A stretch of 63,956 nucleotides of DNA, filler included, from Reclinomonas americana ATCC 50394 (Eukaryota): assembly GCA_048213135.1 (NCBI GenBank). It is 6 parts of 4 records of this genome, joined end to end, with 100 filler letters (N's around TTAATTAATTAA, not from the genome) between each part and the next. Parts side by side here need not be neighbours in the genome. Positions count along the whole stretch, not along the records: positions 16,722 to 43,386 come from PS015446.1; positions 43,487 to 51,701 come from PS015446.1; 4 more parts are not named here. One strand, 5' to 3'. Below, piece by piece: positions 36,568-48,961 of this stretch (position 1 is its first letter; each line of letters starts with the position of its first letter). The notes under the pieces are model-generated. The model had not been told where the DNA came from. It worked only from the letters and a program-made list of their open reading frames with translations, and did no database searches. The position numbers and the translations under genes were made by a program.

Positions 36568-39500
36568 GGGGCGGCCGCCAAGGCATCGAATCCGACGAGT
36601 TGTGGAGGCGCCATCGCGGCGGCACCTGCTGCGGCAGCGGCGGCCACTGCTGCTTGGGTGCGCGCCTGCGTGCGCGCCTGGTGCTGCTGCATGAGCTGCT
36701 GCTGTTCGAGGAATAGTTGCTGCCGTTGCTGCTGCTGGTGCATTTGTCGCCATCGCTGGTGGGTTTGCTGCATGAGGATCTGCTGTAATGAAGGCGACGC
36801 CTGATTCGGCATGGCCGGCGGTGGAACCACCGGGCGCACACGCGCATTCGGCAGCTGTCGCTGCACGGCGGTGGCTGCAGCGGCACCGCCGCCGGCGGCG
36901 GCGGCTGGCTCGGCAGCGGCCTGGGCGAAATTGGCTGGTGCCTGGCTGCCTCCCGCGCCACTGGCACCACCTGAGCTGACGGCCGCACGTAGTGCCACCA
37001 GCTGCGCCTCGAGAAGATTGAGCGCGGCGGAGACCACCGCACGCGATTGCGCTCCACAAAAGTCTCGGCGTGCCTTCAGCACCAACAGGTTGTCACGGAC
37101 CACCACCAGGCAGGCCTTGCAGAGGCTCTCCACTCCAAACTGCACGCTGGCCTCGAAGATGCGCACCACATTGCGCGTATCCAGCAAGTTGGAGATCACA
37201 GCACCGACGAGCTCCTTCAGATCCTCCTGCATGTACTGGTCGGCCACCTCCAGCAGCGCAAGCAGCTGGGAAGTGTCGCTCCAGTCAAGGTTGACGCGGA
37301 AGCACGGCACTTCAGTGGCGGNNNNNNNNNNNNNNNNNNNNNNNNNNNNNNNNNNNNNNNNNNNNNNNNNNNNNNNNNNNNNNNNNNNNNNNNNNNNNNN
37401 NNNNNNNNNNNNNNNNNNNNNNNNNNNNNNNNNNNNNNNNNNNNNNNNNNNNNNNNNNNNNNNNNNNNNNNNNNNNNNNNNNNNNNNNNNNNNNNNNNNN
37501 NNNNNNNNNNNNNNNNNNNNNNNNNNNNNNNNNNNNNNNNNNNNNNNNNNNNNNNNNNNNNNNNNNNNNNNNNNNNNNNNNNNNNNNNNNNNNNNNNNNN
37601 NNNNNNNNNNNNNNNNNNNNNNNNNNNNNNNNNNNNNNNNNNNNNNNNNNNNNNNNNNNNNNNNNNNNNNNNNNNNNNNNNNNNNNNNNNNNNNNNNNNN
37701 NNNNNNNNNNNNNNNNNNNNNNNNNNNNNNNNNNNNNNNNNNNNNNNNNNNNNNNNNNNNNNNNNNNNNNNNNNNNNNNNNNNNNNNNNNNNNNNNNNNN
37801 NNNNNNNNNNNNNNNNNNNNNNNNNNNNNNNNNNNNNNNNNNNNNNNNNNNNNNNNNNNNNNNNNNNNNNNNNNNNNNNNNNNNNNNNNNNNNNNNNNNN
37901 NNNNNNNNNNNNNNNNNNNNNNNNNNNNNNNNNNNNNNNNNNNNNNNNNNNNNNNNNNNNNNNNNNNNNNNNNNNNNNNNNNNNNNNNNNNNNNNNNNNN
38001 NNNNNNNNNNNNNNNNNNNNNNNNNNNNNNNCGCGCGGCACCAGCACGGCGGGCGGCATGGTGGCAAAGCCAGCCAGGCCCGAGTAGATGAAAGACAGGA
38101 ACGCCGTGAACACGAGCGGGTCGTTGTCCAGAGCCTCGAGTCCCGAATCACTCGACTCCAACATCTCCGAGCCCAACATGGCTGCAAAGTAGTCCGAGCG
38201 CGCCACGAGAACCTTTCGGCATTCCACATTAGACGGCAATTACACATTGAGACTGAAGAGCGACGCAGAGAACCGACCTCCTTGTGCGCCAGCAATACTG
38301 ACTGATCGCGCAACCGAATCACCAGGTCGCTGGTGGAGGGATCGTTGAGCACCGGTTGATCTGCAAAGGCGGCGGCACAGAGAGGGGGAGGTGAGATGCA
38401 GGTGCGTAACGACACGCAGGAGAATGAAATCACTGACGCACCGGCAGACGGCAAGAATGTGGAAGCATGCGGCACAAACACCGCACCGTCAACATCCATG
38501 TCACCGCCATCGGCACCTGCGCCACCGATCTCCGCAGTGGCCTCGGGTTTGTTGGCACCAAACACCGCCTTGCTGTGCTCCAGGACGTGGAAAAACACTG
38601 CACACAGCAGACTGCCAAGTGAGAACAGCAGGCTGGTGGGGGGGAGAACACACGCGCAGGTGACCGCACCATCCAGAATCTTGAAGACGCCGCAGTACTC
38701 GCCCAGCAACAGGTCCGAATGCTCGTTCAGGACCTGGAGGCACTTGACCACACCCAAGTGCACGGCCTTGGCATAGACCACCTGCGATGCGCAAGTGAGT
38801 GGCAAGGAGACGCAGCACTGTGCAGTGTGTGAGAGAGAGAGAGACAGAGGCGCACCTCACGAATGGGATTCTGGCCCAGGGGACTGCACAAGTGCGGGAA
38901 AGCACCACCCTCCAGCAGCAGCAGCGTGATTTCGGCGTGACCGTGATGGATTGCCGTGTGCAACGGAGTCCACAGATTGCGATCCTGCGGCATGTTCAGT
39001 GAGCAATCAACCAGCAGTCGCTCAACCAGACAAAATGTTGCTCACCACTGCCATAAGATTGGCGCCGTATTTGAGCAGGGTGCGCACAGTGGAAGCTTGG
39101 CCTGTGGNNNNNNNNNNNNNNNNNNNNNNNNNNNNNNNNNNNNNNNNNNNNNNNNNNNNNNNNNNNNNNNNNNNNNNNNNNNNNNNNNNNNNNNNNNNNN
39201 NNNNNNNNNNNNNNNNNNNNNNNNNNNNNNNNNNNNNNNNNNNNNNNNNNNNNNNNNNNNNNNNNNNNNNNNNNNNNNNNNNNNNNNNNNNNNNNNNNNN
39301 NNNNNNNNNNNNNNNNNNNNNNNNNNNNNNNNNNNNNNNNNNNNNNNNNNNNNNNNNNNNNNNNNNNNNNNNNNNNNNNNNNNNNNNNNNNNNNNNNNNN
39401 NNNNNNNNNNNNNNNNNNNNNNNNNNNNNNNNNNNNNNNNNNNNNNNNNNNNNNNNNNNNNNNNNNNNNNNNNNNNNNNNNNNNNNNNNNNNNNNNNNNN

Positions 39501-42500
39501 NNNNNNNNNNNNNNNNNNNNNNNNNNNNNNNNNNNNNNNNNNNNNNNNNNNNNNNNNNNNNNNNNNNNNNNNNNNNNNNNNNNNNNNNNNNNNNNNNNNN
39601 NNNNNNNNNNNNNNNNNNNNNNNNNNNNNNNNNNNNNNNNNNNNNNNNNNNNNNNNNNNNNNNNNNNNNNNNNNNNNNNNNNNNNNNNNNNNNNNNNNNN
39701 NNNNNNNNNNNNNNNNNNNNNNNNNNNNNNNNNNNNNNNNNNNNNNNNNNNNNNNNNNNNNNNNNNNNNNNNNNNNNNNNNNNNNNNNNNNNNNNNNNNN
39801 NNNNNNNNNNNNNNNNNNNNNNNNNNNNNNNNNNNNNNNNNNNNNNNNNNNNNNNNNNNNNNNNNNNNNNNNNNNNNNNNNNNNNNACACGGCAACATGC
39901 AGCGGTGTCTGCTCCTGGTTGTCCGCCTTGTGCAGCATGATCGGCACGCGACCTGCGAGCACACGAGCGAAAGGTGAGGAGACTGTTATCAAACAAACCA
40001 AAACCACAAACATGGCCCACCATGGTCGGGCTCGCAGATCTCCGGATGCTGCTGTGCGTACTCGAGCAACATCTCCACCACATGAGCGTGCCCGCGCGCC
40101 GCCGCCATGTGTATGCACAGCTGCTGCTTGTTGTTGGCAAGCTGCGTGTCGGCGCCAAGCTCCAGCAATTGGCCCACGGTCTCCTCGAAGCCAAACATGC
40201 ACGCCAGATGGAGTGCGGTGTTGCGATCCTTGTCTTGCGCATTGATGTTGGCGTTGAATTCAGCAAGCAGCTTGGTGGCCTACACGCGCGCGCAAGCGGT
40301 AAGCAATCTTGCTGCATTCGTGAGTGAAGAGAGCTGAGACACACCTCGGCGAAATCGTCCACTGCCGCATACAGTATGGCGGTGGATTCGTAGTGCGAGG
40401 GTGTTTCAGGATTGGCGCCGGCCTCCAACAGAATACGAGTCGACGCGAGATTGCTGGATCACGAAANNNNNNNNNNNNNNNNNNNNNNNNNNNNNNNNNN
40501 NNNNNNNNNNNNNNNNNNNNNNNNNNNNNNNNNNNNNNNNNNNNNNNNNNNNNNNNNNNNNNNNNNNNNNNNNNNNNNNNNNNNNNNNNNNNNNNNNNNN
40601 NNNNNNNNNNNNNNNNNNNNNNNNNNNNNNNNNNNNNNNNNNNNNNNNNNNNNNNNNNNNNNNNNNNNNNNNNNNNNNNNNNNNNNNNNNNNNNNNNNNN
40701 NNNNNNNNNNNNNNNNNNNNNNNNNNNNNNNNNNNNNNNNNNNNNNNNNNNNNNNNNNNNNNNNNNNNNNNNNNNNNNNNNNNNNNNNNNNNNNNNNNNN
40801 NNNNNNNNNNNNNNNNNNNNNNNNNNNACAACGTGAGGAAAATGAGCAGGCCAGCGCACGCTCAACGTCGACCAATACGCACCGGTGCAACACAGCGAAT
40901 TGCAGCGGTGTAAATTCGGCACCATTTAACGCATCAATGTCCTTGTACAGCGGCGCCAGATATCGCACACATCGGTCGCCGTAGCGAGCGGCAATGTGCA
41001 GCGCCTGCAAAAGCACAACAATTCAGCGGACGACGAGACAAAAAGTGCGATTAATATCACACACACCGTAAGACCGTGCTTCTCCGTGCACAACAGATTG
41101 GCGCCGGCCTCCACAAGGCGCTTTGTGCATTCGACTTGGTCGCGGAAGCAACTAAAAATCAGGGGTGTTGAGTTGACATGATCGCCCTCGTCCAGTCGAA
41201 CCTGCGTTTTTCACTCGGTCAGTACGTACACCCGGAATGTCATTGTCACGTGTGAACCGCCCATCGCAACTCTCTTCTCAATCAGCAAATCCAGCGCATG
41301 TGTGTTGCCGGCCAGCGATGCATTGTGAATCGGGCGGAAGCGATTCAGGTCCGGCGCATCTGGCTTGGCGCCACGCTCGTTCAACAGCGTGCGCAAAATC
41401 TCGGGGTTGTCCTGTAAAACAAATGCGTGCATGAGGTGAGCGGAACCGAGGCAGAGAAGGGGATGACACCTTCACCAACCTTGAAGCAGAAGCAGGTGAG
41501 GTGCACCACCTCGATGCCCTTCGGGTCGCTCTTGGCGACATCGGTGCCAAACCGAAGGAGCAGGCGCACGAGTTCCTCATTCATGCGCAAGCACGCCTCG
41601 GTCAGCACGCTGCACTCGGCCAGATCCAGAGCGTTCGGATCTGCTCCGTTTTGCAGCAAAAGTGCCGCGCAGTCCTGCTTCTCGGCAAACACTGCGTAAT
41701 GCAGCGGTGTACCGCCTTCCCTGTCGCGCGCATTGACCTGCGCGCCCTGCTCCAACAGATAATTCACACAGTCCACGTTTCCACCAGCAGCCGCCCAGTG
41801 CAACAAGGTGGCGCCGTTGCGACTGGCATGATGTACGGTGATGCGCGGCAAGATGCTGCATGGTTGACAACAACAAACAAGAGAAAGCGTAGAGTCGCAT
41901 CAGCAACTCCACTCGAGTGGCACACAAAGTGCGTGTGGCGCGTTACCGTTGGAGGGCCTTGATTTCGCCCTCGGCGGCCCAGATGAATGCCATATCTTCG
42001 CGACAGAATCGCGGCAATAGTGACCGGATGCATGCACCCGGTGGCAGTCGCTCATACTCCTCCTCGGCCGACAGTCCACGATGCAAGAAAGCCTGCTCAA
42101 CAACAAGAGGGGGTGAACAAACAACATCACCATCATCCCCGCGGACAACCTGTAAGACGCAACATCCGGATCGCCTCCGAGCATCACAGGCGAGGCGCGC
42201 ACCTCGTCCACCGCCGGACGAGCGCGATCGTACTGGCTGCACGACGGACTGGCGTGCAGGCTGGAGCTGGCGAATGGGTGCTCGCGCGCCGGCAGCGCCA
42301 TGGACGACGACAACGGAATGCGCGCCACATTCAACTCATCCTCGTCGCGGCCGGGGCGGTACGATGGTAGCCGTGACACGTATTGCATGTCGAGGCAGAG
42401 CAGATCGTGGGAGAAGATCTTGTTGAACTTGTGCTTGGAGGTGAGATCACCGCCAAAGATAATCGCATGTGACTGGTACAAGTCGCACGAGTGACTGAAT

Positions 42501-44119
42501 CGGTTCAGCAAACGCGTTCGGTTGACGCGGATCTTGGACCAGTGGTGCCCGACGAGATCCAAGCAGTAGATGTCGCCGAGGTAGGCCCAGTCGACTGTGC
42601 GACCACCGACCACAAACAACTTGTCTTCGTAGACAAATGTGGCGTGCGATCCGGTGGGTGGTGGAGCCTCGCCAGTCGCGTGGATCTTGGTCCACTGGTG
42701 TGCCACTGTGAATTGCGTCGTTCAACACACACACCCCGACCATTGAGGGAAGGAAGGGATCGTTGTCGATGCATGCATACCTCGGTCGAAAATGAAGGCG
42801 TCGTTGTAGAGTTGCACGAGATTGAGGTCACGCTCACCGCCAAAGAGCACATACGCATTGTCGCGCCACTTGCTGAACGTGTGCCGACACCGCTGACCAG
42901 GTAAGTCACCGCGCACGTCGCTCAACACATCCCACTGCGAGCGCTCCACGTTGAGACGCGTCATGCGATCCGACGTCTTCCACTGCATAAAGAGACCGCC
43001 GCCAAAGCAGTACACATCGTCGCCCGTGATACACGGCGGCGAGTACTGGCAGGCGTGCAGCGGGTAGTCCGTCGGCCGCGACTGGATCCATGTGGAACCC
43101 GAGCCTGTGTGCGTGTGCGCGCTGCGTGAGTGACGCAACCGCAAATGGAAACCGCGTGCGCACCAAAGACACACACGGAACCTCGATCGTCCAAGTCCAA
43201 CGAGTACATGATCTTGTTGACCTCGTTGCGCTCTTTGACGCCGCCCACCACATGCAAGCGATCACCCATCACAAATGACGAGTGGCCGTACAAGCCGACG
43301 GGCAACGACGGCGCCGCCGTCACCACCATTTTCTCTGTGCGTCACATTCCCACTGTCAGATGCTCAACAAACCAACGCGAGAGGCANNNNNNNNNNNNNN
43401 NNNNNNNNNNNNNNNNNNNNNNNNNNNNNNTTAATTAATTAANNNNNNNNNNNNNNNNNNNNNNNNNNNNNNNNNNNNNNNNNNNNGTGCGTGTAGGAGA
43501 AGGTGAAACGGGGGGGGACAAGCTGTGATGAGCGCGTAATACACCCGACCACTCGCGTCCGCGCGCGCGCGCAATCACAGATTCGTCATCACCAACTCAC
43601 ACAAACAAAAAACGCAGCTCGCACCCCCCATATACATCACCACCCTCCCCGTCACACACATACACAGGCCAGCGCGGGGCGCCCACACTCACCCAAGTCG
43701 AGGAGCCAGACGGAGGAGAAAATGCGCCATTCCCGCTCCGCGTTGGTGCCCCCACTAAAGTACACATGCCCGCGCGACGCATCCAACGCCGACGAGTGCA
43801 GCTGCACATTGCCCGGCAGCGTGTCGCCCAACTGCAGCGACAGACTACTGCTCGCCGCACCGGTCGTCGACAGACCGCCAAGGGCCATGGAGGAGAAGCC
43901 GCCTCCTCCTGCCGCCGCCATGTGATGATGATGCTGGTAGTGCGTGGCCACTAGAGGCGCAGGTGTGCCTCCACTGATGGCTTGCGCATCGGTCGCTGGT
44001 GTGCTGGAGGAGGCCTCGACAGCGCTGTTCAGCACGGCTTGTTGCAGGCGCGCGTGGCTGTTGAGAATGCTGCTCGACTTGGCCTCGTCGAGGGTGAATG
44101 TCGGCGCCCACCACGACAT
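36568..44119 (-). CDS. Kelch-repeat, ankyrin-repeat and BTB/BACK multidomain protein with Gln/Ala-rich tail; several gaps
   Basis: Kelch: GHSSFVMGDRLHVVGG, DVYCFGGG, AYVLFGGE, KLFVVGGR, AIIFGGD. Ankyrin: TLLHWAAAGG, GTPLHYA, TPLHTAIHHGH. BTB: SDLVIRL..LAHKE|VLVARSDYFAAML..FLSFIYSG, then LLEVADQY. Confidence 0.8.
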
Positions 44120-44895
44120 TCAAGATGCACCAGAGAGCTCCTCTCTTTCTCTCTCCCCACACACAAAAGACGAAAAAGATGCGTGGACAACACGCCACAA
44201 TCAATCACAAACGAAAGGCACGCCACGCAGNNNNNNNNNNNNNNNNNNNNNNNNNNNNNNNNNNNNNNNNNNNNNNNNNNNNNNNNNNNNNNNNNNNNNN
44301 NNNNNNNNNNNNNNNNNNNNNNNNNNNNNNNNNNNNNNNNNNNNNNNNNNNNNNNNNNNNNNNNNNNNNNNNNNNNNNNNNNNNNNNNNNNNNNNNNNNN
44401 NNNNNNNNNNNNNNNNNNNNNNNNNNNNNNNNNNNNNNNNNNNNNNNNNNNNNNNNNNNNNNNNNNNNNNNNNNNNNNNNNNNNNNNNNNNNNNNNNNNN
44501 NNNNNNNNNNNNNNNNNNNNNNNNNNNNNNNNNNNNNNNNNNNNNNNNNNNNNNNNNNNNNNNNNNNNNNNNNNNNNNNNNNNNNNNNNNNNNNNNNNNN
44601 NNNNNNNNNNNNNNNNNNNNNNNNNNNNNNNNNNNNNNNNNNNNNNNNNNNNNNNNNNNNNNNNNNNNNNNNNNNNNNNNNNNNNNNNNNNNNNNNNNNN
44701 NNNNNNNNNNNNNNNNNNNNNNNNNNNNNNNNNNNNNNNNNACAGCCAGACAGACAGACACGCGATCACTGCGTACTTTGCTGGCCTACGAAGGGCGCAA
44801 ACAAAGTCTTCTCTTCGTTGTCGCGCGCGCACGAAAGACAATCGCGACTTGCTCGAGTGCGTCTGTCTGTCTGTCCACGGTTTGCATTGCCCGCG

Positions 44896-46968
44896 ATGCG
44901 CGCCTTGCTTCTTCTCGCCTGTGCACTTGTGTGTGCTCTGTGCTTCACACATGGAGGCCTCCTCGCGCACGGAATGAATGTGGTGGGCGGTGTGAACATC
45001 ACGGGCTTGCAAATTCACTTGCAGGGACTCGGCTTGCGCGTGTTTCGTGTGGGCGATGGGCAGTCACTGCAAGAGGCTGGTGTGTGTGTGTGTGTTGAGA
45101 ATGCTCTCTTTGGTGCGCATTGTCGCTGAGCACAAATGGCAGCGATTGCATTCTGTCACGAGAATGGACTGGATGTGCGCATGGCGCCCGAGTTGGAGGC
45201 GGTGGCGCAGAGGACCGTCAGTGACTTTGCCTCCAAGCATTTCGTGGTGCGGGCGTGCACAAGTGATCGCTTCTTCATCGGTCTTGTGTTGAGGCTCTCG
45301 TTGTGTGTGTGTGTGCCAGGCGGTCAACACGTTTCAAGAGATGGTGCTGGGAGCCGAGTGGCGACGCCCGGATGGTGGCCAGCGTGCAGTGCCGCAGCCG
45401 GACGCGAAGGAGGAGCAGCAGCAGCAGCAAGAACAGGAACTGGCACGGCGACCACCGTTTGCAGAGTGGCGCCACGGAGGCGCCTTGATGCGCGAGCTGA
45501 GTGCGCTTCCGTACTGTCACGTGTGGTGCCTCGACTTGCCGCGAGCGGGTGGCGCGCTGTTGTGCGACTGTCGACACATTGACGATGAGTTCATTCGACG
45601 TGGGCTGATGCAGTTGCCGCCGCCGCTGCCGGAGCTGAGTGGTCGCATCTTGCCGCCGAATGTGCCGAGCCTGTTGCCGGCGTCGATGTGTCAGAGCTTT
45701 GAGGCGTACATTTGGCGTGTGCTGAGCTCCGATGAGGCACTGCGACAGACAGCGGCTGCTGTGGAGCGCGGATTGGATGCGCCGCAACCGGTGGCCCTGT
45801 TTCCCAGTGGATTCCGCGAGAATGCTGACACCATGCAGCAACTGGCCGCTCGTCTGCCGCGCCACGTCCTCTCCGAGCAGTCGCGTATGGTGGTGTATAC
45901 CACGGTCAAGATCCGCCCTGGCGAAGGTTATTCCTCGCACTGTCACGCTCCACTGGCGTGCGCTCAATGATCGATACGTGTGCATGTGCACAGGTGCGGA
46001 GACGTGGAAACAAATGGTGCGCAACTGGCTGGTGTTCTTTGCACGCGCACACGGACCCGACGTGCTGCCACTGATTGTGTGCCTCGACGAGTCCACGTAT
46101 GAGAGTGTGGTCGAGGCTGCCGACGGCAATCGGGAGATTGCTTTCCTCGACAATAGTGGCTGGTGCGATGCATGCACTTGCTGGTGTGGTGGTGCTGATT
46201 TCACATTCTCATTGCGTACAGGAGCGACAAGCGCGGCAAGGTCGGTGGAACCAAGCTAAACTACGCGCCGACCATCAACGTCAAGTACCTGTACGCCTAC
46301 ATGATGCTGCGCGCCGGTTTCCAGCCCGTGTATGCCGACGCTGATGCGCTGATCACGCGCGATCTACGCACGGTGACGGCGCTGCTGATGCCGTCAGGCG
46401 TCGACTTCACCATGCAATACGACTGCTTCGGTTCCTGCAATCCGGCTCCGCTGACGCTGACGCCGTCGGTGCGAAGACAGCGAGGCCCGTATTTGGTGAC
46501 ACCCGATTGGTGCCTGTGGAACGACCCGTCGTCGTGTGCCGAACATCAACGACGCTTCTGCGTCAACACCGGCTTCTTCACCGTGCGCCCAAACGCCTAT
46601 GGCTTGCGCTTCTTTGCCCACGTGCTCGATCTGCTGCACGGCGAATGGGATCGCTGGTTCGAGCAGGATCTCGTCAACGTGCTGCTCGACTACCACACCC
46701 GACTGGCACGCCTGCGCTTCGACTGGTTCGAGCCGCGCGTCATCAATCAGCACGAGAGCCTGATCAGTCTGGTGGAGAACGGCGTGGAGCTCGACGTGCA
46801 CAAGATTGCAGTGGTTGCGTCGCGCTCCCCAAGTAGTAATGTAGCGTGTGCTGGATGGACTCACTCTCTCTCTCGCAGTTGCACATTATGGGACCCGGCA
46901 TGGAGAAGGTGCGCACCATGCAGGAACATGGCTTGTGGAGCCCCGACGTTGATGATGCAAGAAAATAA
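44896..46968 (+). CDS. Secretory-pathway nucleotide-diphospho-sugar transferase (GT77-like)
   Basis: Signal or anchor sequence MRALLLLACALVCAL; MVRNWL; IVCLD; DxD motif in VYADADAL; VNTGFFTVRP; EQDLVN; C-terminal LHIMG..EKVRTMQEHGLW. Confidence 0.8.
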
Positions 46969-47121
46969 ACACGAGTAGAGACCACAGTTGTAGTTTTCCT
47001 TTTACTCCGTCTGTGCTATTCGTTGTGTAGATGCTCGTGGTGAAAAAAATGCGACGCGACGTGCAAAGCAACACGCGTCCGTCGTTGTCGTGTCATATGT
47101 CCTCTCACCACATTCTCAACA

Positions 47122-48712
47122 ATGCGCGCACTCGTGCTCCTCATTGCGCTCTTTGCGACACTGGCGATTGTGTGTCACGCACAGTCCGCTCTGCGCGGCC
47201 AATCAGACGACAACGAGGAGAAGTTCACTGTCGGCGGCAATCCCAACTCTCCGTATCGGTGAGCGAGAATGACCCCCATATGCATTTTTGACTGCACTCT
47301 TGATTGACTCACTGTGCCTGCTGCAGCATCCGGAGCATCTACTATGACTCTAACAAGATCTACTTTGTGAGTGGCGCACGCTCTCCGTGTGCATGAGTGT
47401 GTCCGCTGACACTGTGCAGACTGTCGACTCGTCGCCCAACGCATACATCTGCAAAACAGGCGCCATGTCCACTGCAGACAGTCTGGTGTACGTGCCCATT
47501 GCTCAGGACCGCCTTGGTGCCATTGTGAAGCCGACGGAGAAGAACACGCCGGAATTCTATGACATGCTTTATGTGGCCGGCACGACCTCCATTTACACCA
47601 TCCGGACCGCCGATCTGGCCACTCTCGAAAGCAATCGCGTCATCAGTGACCCCAGCACGGTGTTTGGAAGAATGGGTGCGTGCACGTGAGAGTCTGCTGT
47701 TCATTTTAAACCGTGACTGACTGGTGTGCAGGCTTGGCGCTGAGTGCCGACGAGGAGTACCTGGTGCGCTCCTCCAACCACGTCCTTGTTGCCCTTTACT
47801 TTTGGCTCACACGCGACTGCAGTACACCGCGGTGAACAATGCCGACAGCAATGCGCACTACAAGCTGACGGTGTCCGGATTTGGCGTGCCGTCTCTCAAC
47901 ACCACCAACTTCATCTACCCGGGCAGTTACAACGCGGAGAGCCGCGAGTCGATGACCAACGGTGTCTTCGGCTCGGATCCGAACTTCGTGTACTTTGTGG
48001 TGCCGAATGGCAGCGAAAACTACAACTACCCCGACTCCCCGGCGCAGGGCGCCGTGGTGCAGTTCAACGTCGCCGACAAGCGCTACTTGACGCCGACTAA
48101 GCTCGTGTCGCTCCCGGCCGGTGTCGATTACGGCAAGAACGCCTTCTTTGTGGTTTCGTGATGGCGCCACCCGCTCTGTTATTTTTCTGTGTGCTCGAGT
48201 GCTGATCAACGAGTGCCAACACGCTGCAGCCACACTACACGCAAGCCGACATTGTGTACATTGTGTCGGAGACTGGCCAGGTGCAGCCGGTGCAACTTGG
48301 CAGTGGCGACGCCTTCAAGCTGTTGCCCGGCAACTACACGCTGGCAGGACCCCTCGGCGGTGAGACTTTCATCTCCGCCGTGGCCTCGTCAACTCTCCTC
48401 GTGCCGGGCTCCGCGGAATCTGGCCTGGCACAGCGAGTCAAGCGCACCACACTTGTCACCCGCTCGTCGAAGCCCGTGTTCGTGCAGCCCAAGAATCGCC
48501 TCATCCGCCTGGACATCACCACTGGCTCCATTGACTTTGTGCTGCGCGACCGCTGGTGGAGCGCATACGATATGACCGCGTTGGCGGTGTCCGACGACGT
48601 CGGCACCTCCTTTGTGGGAATCTTCATGGACGGCGAGGTGTGCCTGGCGTGGAACCTTGACAACAGCTTCAGCAGCAACAACTTGGCGTGTTACCCGCAG
48701 CTTGCGGTGTAA
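47122..48712 (+). CDS. Secreted beta-rich (propeller-like) protein of unknown family
   Basis: Signal peptide MRALVLLIALFATLAIVCHA. Frame-consistent small exons, many NxS/T sequons and short beta-strand repeats. Confidence 0.6.
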
Positions 48713-48961
48713 GGAGAGGGAGAGATTCTGCAAGGTGCTTACAGCATGCAAGTTCAATGAATGCAGCTGCCACTTTTTTGAGGCGCTACATGGCACCCGA
48801 TGAGCCCCGAGGTGACCCCACGTCCACGTCGACAGTCGAGGACGGCTGCAGGACATTGCATTTCGTGCGTTACGAGAGAGAGAAAGGGGAAGGAACCGAG
48901 ATATCCCCGTATACTGCCAAAGAAAGAACACGATCAACCAGCAAAGCAAGAGCAGCAGAAA

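Noticed and set aside
43134..43139. Other GTTGCG hexamers (for example 43139 minus, 5793 minus, 26389 minus, 61580 plus) as donors
   Set aside because: They lie inside exons or introns, or could not be frame-verified, so they were left out of the donor count.
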